The position numbers and the translations under genes were made by a program. 43,734 nucleotides of DNA. Source: Blastocatellia bacterium. GTDB taxonomy: Bacteria; Acidobacteriota; Blastocatellia; UBA7656. Location of the stretch: the NCBI GenBank assembly GCA_023265195.1, contig JAHFUG010000008.1, positions 1 to 43,734 on the forward strand, given 5' to 3'. The stretch's first letter is position 1, and every line of letters begins with the position of its first letter. Shown piece by piece: positions 26,955-34,574 of the stretch. Below the pieces are notes generated by a model. That model made no database searches and was not told the DNA's origin. It worked only from the letters and a program-made list of their open reading frames with translations.

Positions 26955-27104
26955 ATGAATACCGAATACGCAGAAGACCAATTGGAAGATTGCACTTTCG
27001 GTAGCCACCCCAGCGTTCAGCTTGGGGCGGACGCCGGACTCAACGACAGCGCTGATGACCTCGACAGCGTCGAGTGGACCTCCGGCGTCAAGTGGTCGAA
27101 GTAA
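26955..27104 (+). CDS. candidate 49-aa precursor peptide, absent from the ORF track because it is under 60 aa
   Basis: AAGGAG (26941-26946) with an 8-nt spacer before the ATG. An in-frame stop lies upstream at 26928-26930. Translation: MNTEYAEDQLEDCTFGSHPSVQLGADAGLNDSADDLDSVEWTSGVKWSK. Bracketed by hairpins at 26721-26742 and 27113-27153. Confidence 0.45.
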   Translation: MNTEYAEDQLEDCTFGSHPSVQLGADAGLNDSADDLDSVEWTSGVKWSK

Positions 27105-27112
27105 CCAAGAGA

Positions 27113-27153
27113 GCCGGCGCCGCGCGCCGCGTCATCAGGAGTGCGGCGCCGGC
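27113..27153 (+). terminator. terminator or attenuator-like hairpin after the small ORF
   Basis: GCCGGCGCCGC (27113-27123) and GCGGCGCCGGC (27143-27153) form a perfect 11-bp GC stem with a 19-nt loop, 9 nt after the TAA. The downstream sequence catcgtcgttatc is only moderately T-rich. Confidence 0.45.
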
Positions 27154-27255
27154 CATCGTCGTTATCGCTCACGTGCGGGCGCGTGGTCCCAGAAAACAAT
27201 GGGTGGAGTTGATATATAATCGCGTTTCTCCCGGCAGCAACACCTTGGAGGCGAT

Positions 27256-29724
27256 ATGACTGATTCCTTGAAGGAGTGGCTCTCCGGATTCCGGCAACTC
27301 AGCCGCAATCCGGGCTTTTCAGCGAGTGTCGTTTTCACCCTTGCACTCGCAATGGGCGTCACTTCCGCGATGATGAGTGTTGGAGACGCGCTGTTGTTGA
27401 AACCTCTTCCCTATCACAAGCCCGGCGAGTTGTTCGACGTCTCGGAGACCTCGGCGCGGTCAAGCGGCGTGACTTCGCTGCCGAACGCACTCGATTGGAA
27501 AGAGCAAAGCCGGACGCTGAAGCCGGTTGCATACTACATGGAAACGGCGCTTCCCCTCGATTTGGGATCAGGGACAACGATTGTGCCCGTGGTCAAGGGA
27601 AGCTATGAGATGTTTGAAACTCTGGGCGTCACGCCGGCCGTGGGCCGCGTCTTTGATCCGCGGGACGAGCGTGAACCCGAAAAGAACGTGGCTGTTCTCA
27701 GCGCCGCGTTTTGGAGGGAAACGTATGGAGAAGATCGCTCCGTCATCGGAAAGACCATAAGGTTGAACCATTCCTCATACACGATCATCGGAATAACGCC
27801 GGCGGAGTTCGCTTTTCCGATCGGCTATCCCACTGCTATTTGGACGCCGTTGGCGCCCGAGCGGGATTTAAAGGAAAACCGCGGCGCAAGGAATCTGTCG
27901 GTGATCGGACGCAGTCATCCCGGAGAAACCCTGAAATCCGTCGAAGCGGAATTCGCAGTGCTTTCGCGGCGATTGAGCGAGCAGTATCCCGACGCGCAAC
28001 AGGGGTGGACGACTCGAGTGAGGAGCTATGACGACTTGGCCAGAGGCCACCTGCGGCCAATGGTGTTGGCGCTGGTAGGAGCCCTGGGGGTGGTCTTCTT
28101 GATTGCATGCGCGAACGTGACGGGTTTGCTCCTGGCGCGTGTCTCGGCGCGCCGCCGCGAATTCACGATCAAGGCCGCCCTTGGCGCGTCAATGTTGCGG
28201 ATCGTGCGGCAAATCCTGATTGAATGCGTCCTGCTATCGCTGATCGGAGCCGGGTTTGGCGCTCTGTTCACCTTGATCATCCTTACGATCTTCCAGCCGC
28301 ATCTCGGAATTCACGTTCGAGAGGCGGGCGAAGTGGCGATGAACTGGCGCGTCGGGCTGTTCGTTCTCGTTCAGGCAATAGCCTGCGGCTCTCTCACCGC
28401 AATCCTCCCCGCCCTGGCTCTGGCCCGCGAGACGTCTCAGTCAGGGTTGCGCGAGGAGGCGTTGACGGTGCTGTCCAGCCGGCGTCAGAACCGGCTGATG
28501 AAAGTCCTGGCCTCCAGCCAAGTGGCGCTGACGTTTGTTCTGCTGGTGGCCGCGGGCCTGATGCTTCGCACCTTGGACCGGCTCCAGCACACGAATACCG
28601 GGTTTGAGCCGGACAACGTGCTGACGGCCGAGCTCTGGCCTTCGCTGGAGCCGGCGGCCGGGGACGCACTCTCGGAAACTTCCGGCCGCGGGGATCTCGT
28701 GCGTGACGCTTACCTTCCGCTGGTCGATCATCTTGGGTCGTTGCCCGAGGTGCAAGCCGCCGGCTTGATCTCCGTGCTGCCGCTCTCGGGATTTTCAGGA
28801 ACCCGGTTCTTTGTCGCGGGCCGGCCTAAACCGAGTTCCGCCGAGACTCCGCGCTGCGAGATCCGCGCGGTCAGCGAGGGATATTTTCGCGCCCTCGGAA
28901 TTCAACTTCTCGCGGGCCGCTTGCCCGGCGCGCAGGACGGCGGCCGAACCTCACCGGTGGCTGTGATCAACGACGTACTGGCTCGGAAGTACTTTCCCGA
29001 CGACGATGCGCTCGGAAAACAGGTCAAACTCCGTTTCGAAGGCCCAAACAAGGAGTCCATCACTATCGTCGGCGTCTTTCGCGCAACCGTCCAGCGCAGT
29101 CTCTCCGACCCGCCGGAGCCGGAGTTGGACTTGCCCTATTCACAACTCACGCCTGACCACCTCCTCTACCCTTATCTCGGCGCGGTGAAAACCAACGTAG
29201 TGCTTCGAACCGCCGTGCCGCCCGAGAGAGTGGCGCCTTCGCTGCGCCGCGCCGTTTACAAAGAGGCGCCGGACCTGGCAATCGACAATGTTCGCTCCTT
29301 GGCCGATCATATGAGGCGTACGCTTACGGGCCGCCAGTTCTCGTTGTTCCTAATCGCCACTTTCGCCCTGCTCGCATTAGCGATGGCTTTGGCGGGGCTT
29401 CACGCGGTGATAGCCCTCTGGGTGAGCCAGCGGACTCGCGAGTTGGGACTGCGCATGGCGCTTGGAGCGCCGCGGTCAAACGTCGTCGGTCTCGTCGTGC
29501 GACAGACCGGCTTTGTCGTCATCGCCGGGTTGATAGCCGGCTGGGGGCTTTTCGCGCCGCTGAGTCATTTGGTAGGGGATTTCCTTCAGGGAGTCGCCGT
29601 CACCGACACACTCACGATCGCGGCCGTCTCCTTGAGCATTTTATTGATAGGGCTGCTGGCGGGCTTCCGTCCGGCGTGGCGCGCAGCCTCCATTTTGCCA
29701 AATGACGTACTGCGCTCCGAATGA
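27256..29724 (+). CDS. ADOP-family duplicated FtsX/MacB-type ABC permease
   Basis: The N-terminus LSRNPGFSASVVFTLALAMGVTSAMMSVGDALLLKPLPYHKPGELF is typical of the acidobacterial duplicated orphan permease family. Two FtsX-like 4-TM modules. GGAGG lies before ATG 27256. A perfect TATAAT sits at 27215-27220. Confidence 0.88.
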   Translation: MTDSLKEWLSGFRQLSRNPGFSASVVFTLALAMGVTSAMMSVGDALLLKPLPYHKPGELFDVSETSARSSGVTSLPNALDWKEQSRTLKPVAYYMETALPLDLGSGTTIVPVVKGSYEMFETLGVTPAVGRVFDPRDEREPEKNVAVLSAAFWRETYGEDRSVIGKTIRLNHSSYTIIGITPAEFAFPIGYPTAIWTPLAPERDLKENRGARNLSVIGRSHPGETLKSVEAEFAVLSRRLSEQYPDAQQGWTTRVRSYDDLARGHLRPMVLALVGALGVVFLIACANVTGLLLARVSARRREFTIKAALGASMLRIVRQILIECVLLSLIGAGFGALFTLIILTIFQPHLGIHVREAGEVAMNWRVGLFVLVQAIACGSLTAILPALALARETSQSGLREEALTVLSSRRQNRLMKVLASSQVALTFVLLVAAGLMLRTLDRLQHTNTGFEPDNVLTAELWPSLEPAAGDALSETSGRGDLVRDAYLPLVDHLGSLPEVQAAGLISVLPLSGFSGTRFFVAGRPKPSSAETPRCEIRAVSEGYFRALGIQLLAGRLPGAQDGGRTSPVAVINDVLARKYFPDDDALGKQVKLRFEGPNKESITIVGVFRATVQRSLSDPPEPELDLPYSQLTPDHLLYPYLGAVKTNVVLRTAVPPERVAPSLRRAVYKEAPDLAIDNVRSLADHMRRTLTGRQFSLFLIATFALLALAMALAGLHAVIALWVSQRTRELGLRMALGAPRSNVVGLVVRQTGFVVIAGLIAGWGLFAPLSHLVGDFLQGVAVTDTLTIAAVSLSILLIGLLAGFRPAWRAASILPNDVLRSE

Positions 29725-29730
29725 CCGGTT

Positions 29731-31332
29731 ATGACACCGCGCTGGCGCCATGACTTTGACGGTATGTCGCGCCAGACTTCTTGCTTGAGGTCAACAACCT
29801 CGGAAGGCAGGCGGACGATGAGTCTCGAGTCTGTTTTGGAAACGACCCTGGAACGGACTGTCAGTGAGAACGAACTCGACGGCCTGATCCTCAAGGCAAG
29901 CCGCGCGAGGTCCAAGAGCGCTCCATACGGCGCCGGCCAGGGGCAGGCCAAGAAGCCGTCATGGCATGCCCGAAAGCCTTTGCGGCTTCTGAAGATGGAG
30001 CTTGGAAACACCCTCGTGCTCCACCCGCAAACCGGCGCCTGGACGATCGTCGCGCCCGAGGGTCTCGGCCAAGTACAAGCTATCCTTCGGGCGTCGGATG
30101 AGGGGCTGCTCGATGACATTCCGGACGTGGAAAACCGGCCTCTCGTAAAGTCGCTGGTGTCGTGCGGTCTTCTCGGGAGGGCTCCGATGCCGGCATTCGG
30201 CGTCAGTGACGTCGCAAAACAGCGGCCGCTAAGGTTGATGATTCTGAAAATCGTGGGCTACTGCAATCTCGCCTGCCGCTATTGCTACGACTATGATGAC
30301 GCAACCTACCACCGCACGCTGGATGTTCAACTTGGGAAAAGAGCGATTGAAGAAGCTCTCGCCTGCACCACACTCAGCCTATCGATCCTGTTCCATGGCG
30401 GCGAGCCGCTGCTGGCGTTCGACGAGATCCGTGTGTTGACGGCGTTCGCCCGGCAAGCCGCTCGGAGAGCCGGTAAGGACGTGAACTTCTCGGTGCAAAC
30501 GAACGGGACTTGTTTTACCGGCGAGATCGTTGATTTCCTTGTAACCGAAGAGTTCGCCATCGGGATTTCGCTGGATGGTCCCTCGCATCTCAATGACCTT
30601 GTCCGAATCGATAGACGCGGACGAGGTTGTCATGCCGCGGTGGAAGCATCTCTCGAGCGATATCCGGTCCTTCGAAGGACGGCCGGTGTCCTGACAACGG
30701 TGACGAGCGTAAACGCACGCGAGCTGCGCCGCGTCGCGGAATACGTGCGCGACCTCGGCATTCGCAGCTTCAACGCCGCGCTTTTCTTGCGGGAAGGGCG
30801 AGCCGCCGGGTCTTCGGACGGACTCTCGCCGTCGCCTGAAGATCTGATCGCCGGATATCTCGACTTGCTGGCGGGCGTCGAGAGCGGCGCGTTCGACGAC
30901 ATTCAAATCTGGCCGGTCCTGTACTATCTGCGGAACGTTCTGACGGACGCCCGCCCGAATGCGTGTCTCCGCAACGGCGGATGCGGCGCCGCCCGCGAAC
31001 TGGTGTCGGTCACCGTCAACGGGACCGTAGAGTCGTGCGACTGCGTCCGGCTCCCTGATCTGAGCTTGGGATCGATGGCGGATTCGACTATCGGAGAGGC
31101 ATTGCATGGGCAGGTGGCCGGCCTGATTAAATCCCGTTCCGAATGCTCGCTGCCTCGGTGTTCGGCGTGTCTCTATCGAGCGTTCTGTGGAGGCACTTGC
31201 TTTGCGAGGGCAGGCGGTTTGGACAAGGTCAACGAAAGCGAGTGCCGCTTGTCGAGGGCGGTCTTCGGCGAGATTTTTAAGAGTCTCAACCGTTCCAGCC
31301 GCCTTGAGCGGTATGCGCAATTGCATTCCTGA
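29731..31332 (+). CDS. radical SAM / SPASM-domain enzyme with a roughly 160-aa N-terminal extension, copy 2
   Basis: GYCNLACRYCYDY (C-x3-C-x2-C). C-terminal SPASM-like cysteines CLRNGGC..ESCDC..CSLPRCSACLYRAFCGGTCFA. The extension contains LVLHPQTGAWTIVAPEGLGQVQAILRASDEG, which is PqqD/RRE-like. Alternative starts at 29764 and 29818. Confidence 0.86.
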   Translation: MTPRWRHDFDGMSRQTSCLRSTTSEGRRTMSLESVLETTLERTVSENELDGLILKASRARSKSAPYGAGQGQAKKPSWHARKPLRLLKMELGNTLVLHPQTGAWTIVAPEGLGQVQAILRASDEGLLDDIPDVENRPLVKSLVSCGLLGRAPMPAFGVSDVAKQRPLRLMILKIVGYCNLACRYCYDYDDATYHRTLDVQLGKRAIEEALACTTLSLSILFHGGEPLLAFDEIRVLTAFARQAARRAGKDVNFSVQTNGTCFTGEIVDFLVTEEFAIGISLDGPSHLNDLVRIDRRGRGCHAAVEASLERYPVLRRTAGVLTTVTSVNARELRRVAEYVRDLGIRSFNAALFLREGRAAGSSDGLSPSPEDLIAGYLDLLAGVESGAFDDIQIWPVLYYLRNVLTDARPNACLRNGGCGAARELVSVTVNGTVESCDCVRLPDLSLGSMADSTIGEALHGQVAGLIKSRSECSLPRCSACLYRAFCGGTCFARAGGLDKVNESECRLSRAVFGEIFKSLNRSSRLERYAQLHS

Positions 31333-31364
31333 CTCTTTTGCCGGGTGGTTCCGGCTAGCCAGCT

Positions 31365-32798
31365 ATGAACTTCGCCGAATCTATCTTTGCAAGGAAGTTT
31401 CTGATCGCCGAATCCGACCTCGAGCGCTACCTGGCGGCCGCGTTGTCCACCGCCGGTGACTATGCCGACGTGTATATTGAACACGTAACATCCACGGCTC
31501 TCTCCATTGATGGTTCGATCGTCAAGACCGCCACGCAAGGAATGTCATTGGGAGCCGGCGTTCGCGTCGTCTCGGGGGAGCGCACGGGCTACGCCCATTC
31601 CGACAGCCTCGCCCCCGAAAGCGTTCTCAAGGCCGCTCGGATTGCGGCCCGCATAGCTCACGGACCGTCGCTGGTCACTAAGACCGGGTTTGAGGAAGTC
31701 CAGAAACCTGATCTCTACTCCATGCTCGCCGCACCCGCCGAATCCGCGCTAGACAAGCGGGTGGAACTAATAAAGCGCGCCGATGCCGCGGCGCGCGCCT
31801 CGGACCCACGCGTAACCGACGTGCACGTCGTCTACGCCGACAACTTACGCCAGGTTCTAGTCGCCACTTCAGAGGGCCGGCTCAGTTGTGACCGGCAACC
31901 CCTCACCCGGATCAGCGTAACCGCGCTGGCCCGCGGGATGGATGGCGCCGTGGGGGAGGGCCGCGCGGGTGGTGGTGGCAGAGTTGCGCTCGACTTCTTC
32001 CAGACTGACAAGACGCCGGAGTACTTCGGCGGCGAGGCCGCCCGCCAGGCCCTTGTGCAGATCAGCGCGGGCGAGGCGCCGGTTGGAGAAATGACCGTGG
32101 TCCTGGGATCGGGGTGGCCCGGCATCCTCATCCACGAAGCCGTCGGTCATGGTCTCGAAGCCGACTTCAACCGCAAAACGCTTTCCGCTTTCACGGGCCG
32201 CATCGGCGAGCGAGTCGCCAGCCCTTTGTGCACGATTGTTGACGACGGGACGATACCGAATGGCCGGGGTTCACTGAATGTGGACGACGAAGGGACGCCG
32301 ACCCGGCGAAACGTCCTGATCGAGAATGGGATTTTATGCGGCTACCTGCAGGACAAACTTTCCGGCGCCCTGATGCGCGCGCGGTTGACCGGCAACGGAC
32401 GGCGGGAGAACTATCAATTCGCCCCAGTGCCGCGCATGACAAACACGTTCTTGCTGGCTGGCGGCAGCGATCCCGATGAGATCGTACGCGGGGTTGGGCG
32501 CGGCCTCTATTGTGCTCGGTTCGGCGGGGGCCAGGTCGACATCACTAACGGCAACTTTGCTTTTACGGCCACCGAATGTTACCTCATCGAGGCTGGCAGG
32601 TTAACCCGCCCGGTTCGGTGGGCGACATTGATAGGGAACGGGCCGGAGTCTCTAAAACACGTCAGCATGGTCGGTCACGACCTCCGGCTGGACGAGGGCG
32701 TTGGCGTCTGCCGCAAGGACGGCCAAAACATCCCGATCGGGGTTGGCATGCCGACAACCAGGATCGACAACGTGACGGTGGGAGGCGTCGCGCAATGA
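31365..32798 (+). CDS. tldD: metalloprotease TldD
   Basis: HEAVGHGLEADF (HExxxH, 32133-32150), GSLNVDDEGTP and the typical length of 477 aa. Confidence 0.92.
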   Translation: MNFAESIFARKFLIAESDLERYLAAALSTAGDYADVYIEHVTSTALSIDGSIVKTATQGMSLGAGVRVVSGERTGYAHSDSLAPESVLKAARIAARIAHGPSLVTKTGFEEVQKPDLYSMLAAPAESALDKRVELIKRADAAARASDPRVTDVHVVYADNLRQVLVATSEGRLSCDRQPLTRISVTALARGMDGAVGEGRAGGGGRVALDFFQTDKTPEYFGGEAARQALVQISAGEAPVGEMTVVLGSGWPGILIHEAVGHGLEADFNRKTLSAFTGRIGERVASPLCTIVDDGTIPNGRGSLNVDDEGTPTRRNVLIENGILCGYLQDKLSGALMRARLTGNGRRENYQFAPVPRMTNTFLLAGGSDPDEIVRGVGRGLYCARFGGGQVDITNGNFAFTATECYLIEAGRLTRPVRWATLIGNGPESLKHVSMVGHDLRLDEGVGVCRKDGQNIPIGVGMPTTRIDNVTVGGVAQ

Positions 32799-34198
32799 GC
32801 GAGTTGGAACGACTCGCACGACAGGGCGTCCTGCTTGCTCTCGATCAGGGCGCCACCAACGCCGAGTGCACGATAGCCGAAGGCGAGCAACTTTCCTTGA
32901 GGGTTCGCATGCACGCGCTCGAGCAGATTGAGGAGGCCATCCGTCGAGGCGCCGGCATCCGCGTGCTGAAGGGGAACCGCGCCGGGTCGGCGACGACAAA
33001 CGACATGTCGGCGGAAGGCGTCAGCCGGATGGTAGGCTGTGCGCTCGATCTCGCGCGGATTGCCTCCGAAGACCCCTTCGCCGGCCTTCCCGGGCCAGGT
33101 GACCTCGCCCGGTGCTCGGATGACCTTGGGATTTACTCGAAAGACGTCACCGAACTGAACACCGAAGAGAGAGTCGCTCTAGCCCGGGCCGCGGAAGAAG
33201 CCGCTCTCCAACTCGACCCGCGCATGGTCGGCTCCGAAGGCGCCACCTTCGGCGCCTACGTCGGCCATCATGTCTTCGCGAATTCTCTCGAGTTCTGCCG
33301 ATCGTATCGCACCACCAATTGTTCCCTCTCGGTCTCCGCGGTCGCTCGGCAGAATGACGGTATGCAGCGCGACTACTACTGTTCAAGCAGCCGCTCGGCC
33401 GCCGGCCTGGAGTCACCCGAGGACGTCGGCCGCGCCGCGGCCGGCCGCGCTTTGCGGCGCCTAAATCCGCGCCGCATTGTAACTCAAAAGGCGCCGGTCA
33501 TCTTCGAGCCAAGGGCCGCCGGCAGTCTGGTTGGTCACTTGTTCAACGCGGTCAACGGCTCAAACATCTGCAGGGGCATGTCTTTCCTCGGCGGAAGACT
33601 CGGCAAGAAGATCGCAAGCGAGCTCCTGACGCTGATCGACGACAGCCAGATCCCGGGGCTGCTTGGCACCAGCCCGTTCGACGATGAAGGTGTTCGCGGT
33701 GGCCGCACGATCGTCATCGAAAATGGCGTCCTCAACAGCTATCTGCTTAACACCTATTCCGCCAGGAGGCTCGGCCTGAAGACAACGGGCAACGCCAAGC
33801 GCGGGCTTGCCGGAAGCGCCTGTGTGGGTCATGGCAATCTGTTCATAACCGGGCCCCGGCCGCCCGCCGGCCATGATTCATCCGGCATCGCCGGCTTCAG
33901 ACAGGCCGCGACGGACGAATTCCCGCCATCCTTGCCTCCCGGTCTCCCTGATTCCCTCCTTGTAACGGGGCTGGTCGGCCGTGGAGTCAACACTACAACT
34001 GGAGACTACTCCCAGGGAGCGGTCGGCTTTTGGGTTGAGAATGCTGAGATAGCTTATCCCGTTTCGGACATAGTCATCTCGGGGAAGCTGCAGCAGATGC
34101 TGATGGACATCGAGTGGATCGGCTCCGACCTTGCATTCCGCTCTTCTCTTGCTTCACCAACGCTCCTAGTGGGGCGGATGATGGTGGCGGGGCGCTGA
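32795..34198 (+). CDS. pmbA: PmbA/TldE metalloprotease partner
   Basis: ATG 32795 overlaps the tldD TGA (ATGA). TGDYSQGAVGFWVENAEIAYPV and SPFDDEGV are typical of PmbA. A roughly 20-aa Pro-rich insertion precedes LLVTGLVG. The ORF-track start at 32576 overlaps tldD and is not credible. Confidence 0.9.
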   Translation: MSELERLARQGVLLALDQGATNAECTIAEGEQLSLRVRMHALEQIEEAIRRGAGIRVLKGNRAGSATTNDMSAEGVSRMVGCALDLARIASEDPFAGLPGPGDLARCSDDLGIYSKDVTELNTEERVALARAAEEAALQLDPRMVGSEGATFGAYVGHHVFANSLEFCRSYRTTNCSLSVSAVARQNDGMQRDYYCSSSRSAAGLESPEDVGRAAAGRALRRLNPRRIVTQKAPVIFEPRAAGSLVGHLFNAVNGSNICRGMSFLGGRLGKKIASELLTLIDDSQIPGLLGTSPFDDEGVRGGRTIVIENGVLNSYLLNTYSARRLGLKTTGNAKRGLAGSACVGHGNLFITGPRPPAGHDSSGIAGFRQAATDEFPPSLPPGLPDSLLVTGLVGRGVNTTTGDYSQGAVGFWVENAEIAYPVSDIVISGKLQQMLMDIEWIGSDLAFRSSLASPTLLVGRMMVAGR

Positions 34199-34216
34199 CA
34201 AAAAACTACTCACGCG

Positions 34217-34485
34217 TTGCCCTCGCGGGAGAATTCCGTAGACGGAGCGAGTCCGTACGCGCCTCCGAGAAGTGAAATTGAAGAATTGCCCGCTAATATT
34301 GGAAGGATGTGTTGAAGCTCTACAAGACCAGCGTGGTAGACGACTTCTTTGAACTCGGAGGTATTCGTTCAAGGCCGTTAAGGGTCGCATCCAATACAGC
34401 AATGGATTTTTACCGACGGATCCTTAAAGATTTAAAGACACGGCGTTCACATAATCTCCCGCCTTTGTCAACAATTTCAGATTGA
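34217..34485 (+). pseudogene. frameshifted relic of a peptidyl/acyl carrier protein (PCP/T) domain
   Basis: Frame A reads ..SPYAPPRSEIEELPANI. After a -1 shift at ~34298-34300, frame B reads WKDVLKLYKTSVVDDFFELGG (DDFFELGG at 34339-34362). After a second shift the sequence reads (H)SFKAVKGRIQ. Together this matches the canonical Y.APr..E..L..IW..VL....v..dDnFFeLGGhSl pattern. No start codon is present. Confidence 0.5.
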
Positions 34486-34574
34486 CTCATCCATCGCGAA
34501 TTTGTTTGAGTCTCCGGCCGTGTCGGCAACCGTTTCGGAAGCAGTCTCCCAGTAAATTAGCTGACCGATGACTC

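Noticed and set aside
32576-32794. A 73-aa N-terminal extension of the PmbA ORF.
   Set aside because: It overlaps the end of tldD and has an Arg/Gly/Pro-rich translation. ATG 32795 overlaps the tldD stop, and MSELERLARQGV.. matches typical PmbA N-termini.
34304-34392. Possible tRNA-Sec near selA. GGATGTG...CGCATCC could form a 7-bp acceptor-like stem about 87 nt apart.
   Set aside because: There is no T-loop (GTTCRANYC), no D-arm, and no anticodon stem presenting TCA. The region instead translates into a PCP-domain relic. No tRNA-like fold was found in 38240-38700 either.
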